This document shows positions 37,977 through 49,164 of a stretch of 64,000 nt of DNA, piece by piece (position 1 is the first letter of the stretch; each line of letters begins with the position of its first letter). Under the pieces are notes generated by a model. The model did not search any database. It saw nothing but the letters and a program-made list of their open reading frames with translations, and was not told the origin of the DNA. A program made the translations under genes and the position numbers. Source of the DNA: Lama guanicoe (taxonomy: Eukaryota); contig MU053629.1 in NCBI GenBank assembly GCA_013239625.1, positions 1,019,567 to 1,083,566 of the forward strand, written 5' to 3'.

Positions 37977-40104
37977 ATGGCCCCCGCCATGCAGCCTGCC
38001 AAGACCCAGTTCGCTGCACGCATGGCGTCCCACGAGAAGGGCATCCGGGACCAGGCCATGAAGAAGCTGCTCCAGTACATCAGCGGGAAGATGCAGAGGG
38101 AGACAGGAGGTTTCAGTCAAGAAGAACTTCTGAAAAATATAGAGAGGGCTCTTGTATTGTATATGGGTGCAGGATGAACCTCTTCTGTAGGGGGATCTAG
38201 TGAACGCCATGTCCCAGCTCATCTGTTTGTTCAGACCTCTTGGCAAACCACGAGCCGAGAGTGGAAGAAGATACACCAACTGCATCTGGACAGATACTGC
38301 ATACCGATCCGTCTGGTCCTGAATCAGTCCTTTGAAGTTCTGAAGCGAAATGACTGGGAAGAAAGCCAAATCAAGCTTTTCCTAGATGTCTTGATGAAGG
38401 AGACCCTGCTTCCTGAAAGTCAGTCTCTTAATGGAGTGAAAGTCCACTTCATTGATACTTATCTGGATGAACTGTCCAAAGTGGGACAGATCAGAATCTC
38501 AAGTTCATTGATGCATTCTGCAAGATCGCTGCCAAGCTACACAGGCTACAGCTGGGGGTGCTTTTGAAGCCATTGTAGATCCGTCTCCTTTTGTACCTGA
38601 AGAGACAATCGAGGAACAGAAAACCAAAGTGGGTGACAGTGACCTCTATGAGGAAGAGGTATCTAAAAATGACATGATGTGGAGAAAAACAATCAGTAAA
38701 AAGAAAATAGCCCTAGACAAATATCATTCCAGAAAAGACGGTGTCAGTGATGAAGGTGAACAGGTGGGCAGTGGGCCGCTTCTCCAGTTTGACTGTAAGG
38801 CAAATCTGGAAATCACCAACAGGAAAAACATACCTCCCTTCGATAGGAAATGTCTCTCCAAACTAATCAAAAAATTTCAAGATCTGCCTGAAGTTTTGCT
38901 GAGGACACGTCTACTGATATAGATGACAAAGCTCTCAGTCAAGGAAGGCATAAAAAAAAGGACATACACTTTTGGAGACAACAGCATAGAAAGAGAGAAA
39001 GGAACCAAGTTCTTTCCTGCTTAGGAAGAGGAGAGTGAGGGCGGTATTCTGAAGAGAAAAAAGGACGAAAAAGAAGAACCACCTCTGGCCTGAACATTTA
39101 GGGTCCGTTGGTGAAGCCACATGCCCAAAATAGAATGGGAGTGGGGAGCGAGCGACCAGTGGTGGGAAGACTCTGTAGTGGAGCTGGGAGCAGTGGCCAC
39201 ACCTGGCCCCCAGGAGCAGAGTGACTTGGAGCAGCCCCCGGTGCACAGCAGGAGGAAGTGATCACAGAAGAAGAGCCTGAGGGTCCAGGTGGGGAGCTCT
39301 GAGTCTGCAGCGTCACCTCCGGAGGACATGTCTCCAGGTGGCTCTGGCAGTGGTCCTACTCAGGGAACAGCCCCTGAACCTGCCCGGCCACTGGTGTCCC
39401 AGTCCTGAAGAGGAAGCAGATGCTAGGGGCTCTCCTGGTCAACAGCAGATCCCCCCACCCCCTCCACCCACTAGCCTGGCCCATGCCCTAGAGGGAGGGC
39501 CCTTCAACCAGCCCAGCATATGGAGATGACTGCCCTGCCACCCCACCCCAGGATGGGAAACCAGAGAAAAAGAAGAGGAAATCCAGCTGCTTTGACCTCT
39601 ATGACTTGTCCACTCAGAAAACTGCCATCTTGAAAAAGAGGAAGAAGGTGAGAGATGTCAGACTTGGGGGAGCACAGAGGAGCCAGCTCATCCAGGTTCT
39701 GTGGAGCAGTGCGACGCTCAGCTCTTTGAAGAAGCTGAGGATGGAGAAGAACTTTGTGAATTGCAATACCCCCTTCTCCCCGAAGCCCCCGTTCTTCAGG
39801 AAGGCCAAGAGCAGCGCTGCTACCACCTCACCGGGCCCTGCCCTGCAGCCAAACAGAACAGCATCCAGCTCCAAGAAGGTGACCTTCAGGTTGAACAGGA
39901 ACACGACCACAGAATTCAAGAAACAGACAAGAGTATCTTGGTCAGCCACATGGGTCCCTCCCAAGAGGCCTTCAACCCTGAGCAGAGGCTCCTCCACTGG
40001 GTGCTGAAGACCCCCATGAGCTCTTCAGCCAGCACCCCCTGGGGGCCAGGAAGCCGCTGACCGCCTCGCCAAAGAGAAGGCCGATGGCTGTGGACTTCTT
40101 CTCA
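37977..40104 (+). pseudogene. RRP1B: Processed pseudogene of RRP1B (ribosomal RNA processing 1B)
   Basis: Intronless and colinear, from MAPAMQPAKTQFAARMASHEKGIRDQAMKKLLQYIS..RETGGFSQEELLK through GPLLQFD..KLIKKFQDL and SSKKVTF.LNRN to ..RRP.AVDFF. Many frameshifts, stops and small deletions. Probable 5'UTR from ~37905 and 3'UTR to ~40300. Confidence 0.92.
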
Positions 40105-42487
40105 GATAGTAGTAGAGCCCTTTTAAAGGCAGCTTTTGTACAGAATGTTCCATAAATTATAATGTTTAAAAAGAAATCAGAGGTCCATGAGCTTAGGGCC
40201 TCATAGCTAGTCAGTGGCCAAACCAGGTGCCGTTCATTTGTCAATTTCTTACATTCTATATATGTTAACAACCCCCAAAAATGAAATTTTACTGTGAGGA
40301 GGGCCTGAAAAAGCATCAGTAATTGAAATCTACAGATAATCTTGAAGCTTCAGGGTCTCCACTTTGGGTTAAACTCTGTTGATTGAAGTTATTCCTGATG
40401 AAGCAAAATTAATGATGTGTATCCATAGGCTAGAGAAGATGTTACTGCATAGAGAATTATCTACAATTCAAGAAGTTAATGACAAGAGGGGAGGGAGAAA
40501 CAAATAGCACAGAGTCCAAAGCCAAGGTAACCAGGTCCTGGGTGACTAAGAGTAGGTTACTTTTTGTGTGTGTGTGTGTGTAATGTTAAGCTCAAGGAGA
40601 TCTTTTATTTTTTTTTTTTTAGTATTGAGTCATATATTCCTTTGGTGTCAGGACTAAGAAAAGAGAACTGATGCTTGCTATGCTGACGTCTAAGTACAGT
40701 GTCCTGAATAATGTCTCCGTAATGCCAACTCAGAAAAGCCTCACCCATCACTTCACACTGGTCTTTGCCTCTATTTAAAAGGACAGGAGTAATTTTAGGT
40801 TTTAATTTCTTTTCATGCTATTTGCTTGCAAAGGGCTAAGCAAACAACAGCATTCTCCTAGCAGTGAATTAGCTGTCCCACTGTCCCAACTAGAGAGTAG
40901 CCTGACCCCAAAGTAATTAAAGAACCAAGTTATTTGCATCCTTTTTCTACAAAAGTACTCTTGAGTAGCAGATGGCAAACACAAATGTTTTGCTCTAGAG
41001 ACATATGGAAACCTCTCCGTTTCATAAAAGCCTCAATGAATATTAAACGCTGGATGATGCCATTCATTGCAAAAATTAGATGTGATAATCCCCCAAACAG
41101 GCCTAATTAGGCCATATAGCTACTCGGGTTTCAGAAAGTGGTAGGAGGGAAATGACGATGTGATTGGGATTCCATTAGCAGTTCCTCTTAATCTGAATAT
41201 TCATCCTGGCCCCAAAGAATCACCTTTGCAGTCTTATTTCTTCAGCATGCTATTAGATTATCACCATATTTGTAATTGTAAATCTTAAATATGAATAATC
41301 AAAGAGTTCTTCTTGATTTCGTATTAACTCTTGAGTTCTGCCTGCTGAACAGCAAGAGAAAGGAGATTCGAGAGAGAGAGGATGTTTTATCACAGGTTCA
41401 GGGGCATCCAGCAGGCTCCCTGATTAACTGTGCTTTTAAGCCCTTGTTGCTGTTAAACTAGAGGAGGGGGTTGTTGAGGGGAGTCTATGTTTAAGGGTAT
41501 TCAAAAAATGATTTATCCATATTAAGTAGGAATTGGAGGCAGAAATCTGATTGGATATGGCTCAAAATACAAAGCAGAACTGCACTTTTCTCTTAATCCA
41601 GTAAATTGGCAACCCAGTAAATTGTTGGCAACTCAATAACTTGTTGCCATCACAGGAAAAACTGAAACTTTGCACTCCTTGGAAAGAGAGAAGTACTGAT
41701 AACTGAGTCATAGGGTGAAGTGAATGCTATTTAAAATAAGGAACTAGCTGTCTTGGGCTCCTTTCCCAGCACCAAACCCTGCCTGGCCTCTGTGGGACTG
41801 GTCAGGCCTAGGCTGTTGATAAATTTCCTCAATTCACTAGGCTGTTTGGTTGGCCTGGGAGACCTATAGCTCTAAGACCAGAATCCCTGGGGCAGATCTC
41901 AGGTCATCTGTTTGTGTGAGCTTGGATTCGAGAGCCAAAGGGCTTTATAGACAGAAAGGGCTTATCTAGACCAGCCTCCTTCATTTTACAAATGAGGATG
42001 CTGAGGCACAGACTGGTTGTTGTCCTTGTTTAAAGTCACAGATCTAGTTGGTGGCAGAGCTGGGAATAGAACCCACGTCACCTGATGCTTTGGCCAATCC
42101 TCCTTCCATTACAGAATCCCAAGATAGGCTTCTCAGAGTCTGACAGAGAAATTAGAAAGTTCAAGGCTGCCCAAGTGGTAAACCTCAGCTAGTTGCTGAA
42201 GTGGGGTAGAAAAGGGAACAGGTGTCTAAGTGCCTATGTTAATTCTTGCCTTGGACCACTCATCCCCTCCTTAAGGAAACAATATTTCCTTCTTGTTTCT
42301 TCAATATCAGTTGAAGAATACCAGTTCAATATCAATTCATCTGTTTCAGAAAATGACAAGTCAGAATTTTCCTGGATTCAGCCCCAAAGACTTCTCCAGA
42401 AATTCCAACATAGCCAAACATGATACGAATAGGCATATAATTTGACACTGACACTGGTGGTAATATGTTGCTTCCACAGCTTGTCCC

Positions 42488-43046
42488 TGTAAGCAGATAG
42501 GGTAAGAGTTCCCTAGAGAAAGAGAACCAAGCATAGGTTTTGTGACAGAAGAGAGGTCATTTTTGGCCTAAGTCATTTTGTGATCTAAGCCTGGCCACAG
42601 TGCTTGTCTTTGAACAGGTCTCATAATTAATGATTTTAAGGGAACAAAAGAATGAGGAAACAAAGGACTGTTGTCTCAGGCAAGAGAAGTAACAAGAGCA
42701 AAGATAATATATCAGTTGTAAAGACTCGCAGTTCTGTAGAAATTAGCCTAAAGCTTCAACCACCAGATCAGCTGGAACCTAAGGGACATGAGGTTGACCT
42801 CTTCTGACTTTATTCAGTTAAAGCTTGGATTCTGCCAGCTGCCCAAGCCCTTTTATGAATATGCATGTACCCTTAGCTCAAAACTTGCCCAGTTTTGCTG
42901 TCTGGGGAGACACTGCTTTGGGAAAGATCCCCAGTGTTCTCCTTACTTGCTGCAAGTAATAAATCCTTCCTTCTCCCAGTCTTTTGCTTGGTTTTGTCTT
43001 TTGGCTCAACCCCTACCACGAGGACAACCCAGTTTTCCAGGTAACA
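42488..43046 (+). mobile_element. ERV1-class solo LTR (559 bp)
   Basis: TGTAAGCAGATAGGGTA...CAGGTAACA; AATAAA near 42958; 4-bp TSD tccc/tctc (1 mismatch). Confidence 0.88.
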
Positions 43047-43491
43047 TCTCCTCCTGTCTTCTCTATTTCTAACAGAACCCTGTGATTTAGGGTGAGTTTG
43101 TCCCCGTGCTCAGCTCTGGTGACTTAAGTCAGTTGGCCTACACATTCTCTTGGACCCCAGGATTGATTCACAGAAGGGCAGTCAGGGCCCATGTAACTCA
43201 TATTTCTAGAGTGTTTATTTGCACTCCTGAGAAAGAGGATTCTTTACCTTCTGCTATCTTTGAATCTGGAAGCAAGGAGTCCCAGGAGTTTAAGGAAGAC
43301 ATTTTACAACCCCATAGGGCAAGTCTCTTGAAATAAGTGTTACTTTGAGGAAGCATTTCTGAGAAACCAGGTCCCAGGCTTGTCATTTGGGCTGCAGGAT
43401 TACTCACCTGTCACTAGTTCTAGATCTGATTATTTTAGTATACGATTAAATAAATATTTTTTTATTTAAGTCATTTAGTGTTCTATTCTTT

Positions 43492-43629
43492 TTGTTTGTT
43501 TGTTTATGGGCAAGGGGAGGGAGGTAATTAGGTTTATTTATTTATTTTTAGAGGAGGTACTGGGAATTGAACCCAGGACCTTGTGCATGTTAAGCATGCA
43601 CTGTATCACTGAGCTATACCCTCCCCACC
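43492..43629 (-). mobile_element. vic-1-type SINE with perfect 15-bp TSD
   Basis: TSD agtgttctattcttt at 43477-43491 and 43630-43644. Confidence 0.92.
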
Positions 43630-43760
43630 AGTGTTCTATTCTTTACTACCATAAGCATCTCAATACCTGTTATGATGCTGATTGTGAGTTTCAGCACATC
43701 TTGACTTTTTCAGAGTCTACTTTAAAGTTGGTTCCAAAAGGCTTTCTTTAATCACTCAAT

Positions 43761-44168
43761 TTTTTAAAAACTGAGGAAGTCTAGTTGGTTTACAATGTTG
43801 TGTTAGTTTCTGGTATACAGCATAGTGATTCAATTATACATATATATATATTTTTTCATTATAGGTTATTACAAGTTATTGAGTCGGGGAAGGGTATAGC
43901 TCATTGGTAGAGGGCCTGCTTAGCATGCACGAAGTCCTGGGTTCAATCCCCAGTACCACCATTAAGACAAACAAACAAATTTTTAAAAAATCAAATTACC
44001 CCTCCAAAAAACAAGTTATTGAATATAGTTCCCTGTACTATACAGCAGGACCTTGTTGTTTATTTATTCTGTGTATAGTACTTTGTATCTGCTAATCTCA
44101 ATCTCCCAGTTTATTCCTCCCTCTCTTCCTTTCCCCTTTGGTAACCATAAGTTTGTTTTCTGTGTCTG
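43761..44168 (-). mobile_element. L1 3' end containing a nested SINE
   Basis: TSD taatcactcaat at 43749-43760 and 44169-44180. Confidence 0.88.
43883..44010 (+). mobile_element. vic-1-type SINE nested in L1
   Basis: TSD acaagttattga at 43871-43882 and 44011-44022. Confidence 0.9.
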
Positions 44169-44574
44169 TAATCACTCAATATTATAAGAATCTCAACCCC
44201 AGACACATAATATTTACTGTATGTATTTGCCTTATTTGACACAAAATCCGATATAGCAATGCCTAGGTTAATGAAGGAATGAATTTAGAAATACATTTTA
44301 TTGTCAAAAACTTTATTATCAGAGAAACAAATAATATAAGAGGTATTAGAATGGATTCCTTCCAGTCCACCCTATAATAGAGTAAATTTCATATAGCAAG
44401 TTTTTGTACTAGCATGCCATTCAAAATTTAAAAAAAATTTTTTTTGTTATTTTTTAGTTTTTTAAATCATAGCATTTTAATTTAACTTTTGCATGCAGTG
44501 GTAATATGCAAAATACTGAACAAACAGTGTGGCGTGAGCATTCGACCAATCAGGTTGGAAGCCTGAAAGCCTGA

Positions 44575-44690
44575 CCAATCAGAAAATATACCCAAATAAT
44601 CAAAATGAACACCCAACCAATCAGAATGGATGCCTGATCAGTCCGAATTAAAAACCAACCAGTCAGAATGGACATTTGACCTATGGAATA
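44575..44690 (+). repeat. Degenerate 21-bp tandem repeat built on CCAATCAGAA
   Basis: Units start at 44575, 44596, 44617, 44638, 44659 and 44680. Confidence 0.75.
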
Positions 44691-47600
44691 ATGACGTTTA
44701 TATCTGCCAAATATCTGCCTTCCATTTATCACTGAACTTTTCACTTATGGGATCTCTCCTCAATATCTGGGAAGCAAACTGAGGGCAGGGACCACATGAT
44801 AGACACCTTTGTGTCCGAAGGTATTCCCAGTGGCCTTGCTGAGCTGGTTTCATAGTCTGAGCTTAATGAGTTTTTGTTTGAGTGAACACTATTCAACCAG
44901 TGATTGCTCAGGAAACATCAGTGGGTGGAAAGAGTGCAGTATGTCCCTCTCTGATGAAGATAATTATAGAATTGTCCCACTGGGTTATCACTAAACAAAT
45001 ACATGTTTTTGGATGACACACAGTTGATAAAAGAAATTGGTATTTTTGAGGCGTTATCATTCAATATGATCTTGACAAGCCAGAGAAATACTATATAATT
45101 ACACTGATTTTTTTTTTAGACACAGCAATGAATAGTGTACTTACAGAATGAATAACACATAAATTCAAGGTAGAGTTCAACCAGAAAGGTATTGATGAGG
45201 CCAAAAATACCCAGGTCTCATAGCAAATAATAAACTGAAGGTGTCTCAGATGTTTAAAAAATTCCTAAACTGCTGGCATGATAATCAGATGTTCATTCAT
45301 TCATTCGTTCAACAACTTAACTGAGTACCCACTATGTGTATGTGTAAGGTGTCCTGCTAAGCATTGCTGATGATACAGTGAGAAATCAGCATGCCCCTTT
45401 CCTCAAAGAGCTCAAGTTTTAAGGGAGAAGACAAAGAAGTACACAAACTAGTAGATAACAGAGAGAGAACTTATTCGATGGCTGAATCATCAGTCAGTGA
45501 AAATGATCACCATGAAGGACATCTTTGTAGCCCACCGGGACAGCTGTGCTCAGCAGATGGCCGAGGACCAGAACCCAAGGGTGGTTGGACAGAAGCGTCA
45601 GCACTGTCGGGTGCAGACTGATAACAGAGGCTGCTGTGCCCCTAATTTTTCAGGACCATGGAAGAAGCACGTGAATTCTCATAGGATACAATTAAGGAGA
45701 GGAAAAGTCCCAGTAATGATTGGTACCAGTTTTGCCAACCCTTGACAGGTAGAGAGGTCTCAGCCAAATTTAATTTCATTTCAGCAATTAAGAAAGGTGA
45801 CACCTCACACTCAAGTGTCATGGAGCAATTTAAATCAGTTAAAGAATGCTTGAGTAAATTTGAAAATTTGCCTAGGGAACACACAGACCTTCAAGAATAT
45901 GTTTGTAGATTCTTGGGGGTCCCCCAAGATGAGTAAACTATTGTTAAGAAGTGAATTATGGCCCTTGGAATTGTGCAGCATGGCACTTGCTACCATGAGG
46001 AAAGCCAGACTGGGGACAAAGTAAACACACACAGAAGGAAAGCAACAAGAGAATACAGGAACACGAACTAGAGCTCTGATCAAAACCAGCCTGAAGCTCA
46101 CACAGACCTCACGCCAGACAGACCTTTAAGCATCATCATTCCACCTCATTAGGAAATTCTCGGGGAAGAACTCCGTTTGACCCAGCCTGGTCATATGCCC
46201 ACCTCTGTGGCCGAAGGAGCAAAGTACCATGATTCAGAGACACTAGTCAGGGAGGAACAGCTTCCCAAAAGCAGTAAGGAGTGCTGGCCTGACAAAAACC
46301 ACAGAGAGTAAACTCCCTGGACAGCTAGATTTCTGTAAGTCAAGCTTCTATGTACATGTTAACCTTATCAAAGGCTCCAGTAAACATTTACAGAATCAAA
46401 TTGAGTATGCCGGTCTGCCTTGTGTTCTGCAATGATGTAACATTTCAACAGTGGGTTTGGGAAGCTGGCAAAAAAGTACTGATGTGGTTTCTTCAGTAAC
46501 ATGCCACTTGGAGAAAGAAAAGAAAGTCACCTCCTGTTACGTGTGGTACCTTGGGCTCCACAAATATACTTCTTGTCCAGTCTTTTGAGCAAAATGCCTT
46601 GATTCAGTAGGAGTTACTACCACCAAAATCTGATCTCTAACATGTTATACAAAATATGGAAACGCATAATTCACAAAAGGAAAAAAATGGGATTCTTCTC
46701 GAAGTAATGTCAATATATCAGAATGCTTGGCTGGTTCAACAGTGGTGCACAGACTTAAAAGCTAGAAAGTCCCAATGTTATATGTGCTTTCTAACAGAAA
46801 AAAAAAACCAGGGGAGTGAAAACAAAACAGAAAAAATTTTTTTTTAATTCCCATCAATTAATAAAATTCCCCTAGGGAAACTTAGGGACTAAAATTTCTA
46901 ATCCTAGCTTCTCTTATGAACGTAAGTTCTTTGCCACATAGTGTGTTCTTACTCATGCAGAGAGAAAATGCCAACAGTTGCATACAGGTAGTGAGACTAA
47001 AAGTTATTTTAATCAGTAGACATTTTATAAAAGAAAGATTCCCGTGGCCTTTGACAATTTCTTTTTCTTCTTTTCCAGAATGAAGAGGGAGGTCTAGAAC
47101 TGAGCTGTGCACATTTGTTCAGCCGGGGCTGAGGCCAAGTTCACAGACTTGCCCAAGAACTGGCTAGGGCAAGGAGGCTCAGCCTGTGCCAGAGGGCAGA
47201 ATCCTTCCTCATTACGGGACAGAAACTGACTTTGACTACCTTAGAGCTTTGTTCCCATCAAGAGGGCTCTAGCAATTAGACAACAGCAGCAACCCTCTGG
47301 GTACTGTATGATCAAACAGTGTGAGTTAAGGATGCATTTCATCTTTTTTCCACATATAATGCGAAAGTGACTACTAGGGCCAATTGAATTTTCTGCCGCA
47401 ACAAGACTAAGAGTGGAATATCACTGGCATTGTACATGAAATCACAAGACACTCGAGATGTGTTTTAGAAAAGCCTGCTGCCTTGTTCAACTAACTGACC
47501 AATTTTTTTCCTTATTTCACTAATGGTTGAGTCCACCAGTTCCCTTAGACTTAAGAACCATAGACTGTGGTTCTCAAATATTTTGGCCTCAGGATCCCTT

Positions 47601-48818
47601 TATTCTCTTAGAAATTATTGTTGTTGGTATTTGACATACAAGAAATTAGAAGAGAAAAGAGATGAGAGGCAGAGAGCCCTGAACGGATAGAGCTTCTGGT
47701 CCCCAATCTCCTTAGCTATCTGCTTACCCTTCTGCTTTGCCTGAGTCAATAAACCTGCAACCCACCACCACCTCCCCCCGCGGCTCCAACCCCCGCCCCG
47801 TGCCACCCCACCTCCCATGAGAGTTTGATCTGATTGAGTTTCTGCCCCTAGCGAGTGAAAGAGATCTGAATCATACATCCAGAAAACAATTACAGAATAC
47901 TCTAAGATATTAAAGAAAGGATTAAACTGAGTATAACAGCATGCTGCTTCTCCCCCATTTCTTACCCATTAAGTGAGAGCCTACTGAGGGTTGAAGAAGG
48001 TAACTAACATCACTAACACTTCTACAGTGCCTCATGGATTTCAAAGTACTTTCACATTCAGTAGCTCATTTAATTTTCCTATAACCCATGAAACAGCTTG
48101 TTTTATACCCACTTTACAGATAAGAAAACTGAGGTGTGGAGAGCCTCTGTGCTGTTAAGCAGCTAAGACAAGACAAAATCCATATCTTAGTCTCCAGATT
48201 CCATGGTCATAATTCCTGCCTCGCACAATGCTTGTAGTTTTATAGGACACAGACCTGCAACACAACCCTTAAAATTTGCAGTTCCCAGATATTTTGTCCA
48301 TCCTCCCGCGGGGGTAGAGGAGCGGTCTGCAAGGCAGAGTCTCTAAAAATACCCATTGTATTTTGCTCTGGTCTGGAGGCGTAAAGAAGAGAACATGAGT
48401 GGGGTTCAAGTTGGAACGGCAATCATTCTTTTCGAGCTCTGTAACTGAGGGGCCGCGGGAGGGGGCTTAGAGGTGGTGCTGGGCAGGACCTGGAGAAGCC
48501 AGATAAGGCACTCTGCAGATAATCCACCGGCTTCGCCTCGGCTGCGTGACGGAAAGCAAGCATCTCAGCTGCAGCTCGCCGCAGAAGAGATGAGGGAACT
48601 CAGATTCCGGTCCTGGGTTTGAAAGAAGCCCGCACACAAAGAAACGACGAAGTTAAGTTCCAGCGGCGCGACACGCAGAGTTTGAAAGCCTGCCTCCATG
48701 CCTAGCTCCGGTGGAAACGCCTAGTCTACCCGGTCACTCAGTCCACAGCGGGTCTTCTTTTATCCTTTGGGGCCGCTGGGACAGCCCGCCCCGGGCACGC
48801 CCGAAGCTCCTCGAAGGA

Positions 48819-48843
48819 ACTACAAATCCCATAAAGCACTGCG
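48819..48843 (+). promoter_or_regulatory. ZNF143/THAP11 (SBS) motif
   Basis: ACTACAAATCCCATAAAGCACTGCG fits the ACTACAnnTCCCA..ATGCACTGCG promoter motif, ~200 nt upstream of the ATG. Confidence 0.8.
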
Positions 48844-49040
48844 GCGCCGGCGGTGATGACGAAGCCCCGTCGGATTGGCCACGCTGGGCGGGGCGCGCAG
48901 GCCTTCTCCGAGGGAAGGGGCGGGGAACGGGGCGGGGCGAGCGGCGGCGGCTCGGCAGACACGCCCCCTCGCCCGCGGCCCCCTCCCGGCTTCTCTCTGT
49001 CGCTTGCCTTGCTCTCCGGTCAGAGGGCCGGAGCGAGAAG

Positions 49041-49164
49041 ATGGCGAAGACGTACGATTATCTGTTCAAGCTGCTGCTGATCGGCGACTCAGGGGTGGGC
49101 AAGACCTGCCTCCTATTCCGCTTCTCCGAGGACGCCTTCAACACCACCTTCATCTCCACCATCG
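49041..49164 (+). CDS. RAB8B: RAB8B coding exon 1 (124 nt); the rest of the gene lies beyond the window
   Basis: aagATGG Kozak; [41 protein letters not shown](G) with P-loop [17 protein letters not shown] residues distinguish RAB8B from RAB8A; donor G|gtgagg; synteny with RPS27L. Confidence 0.96.

Noticed and set aside
34388..43046. A single provirus that captured RRP1B between two LTRs
   Set aside because: The LTRs are inverted rather than direct, they differ in their 3' halves, and the right one has its own TSD.
44546..44690. CRISPR-like array
   Set aside because: Mammalian context, abutting degenerate units with no unique spacers, and no cas genes.
48874..48883. ERSE-II ER-stress element
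   Set aside because: The sequence is ATTGGCCACG and lacks the 1-nt spacer of ATTGG-N-CCACG.
48711..49040. In-frame upstream extension of RAB8B (ORF track 162 aa)
   Set aside because: GTG start inside a GC-rich promoter where stops are rare; it spans promoter motifs, and the canonical ATG at 49041 has a strong Kozak context.
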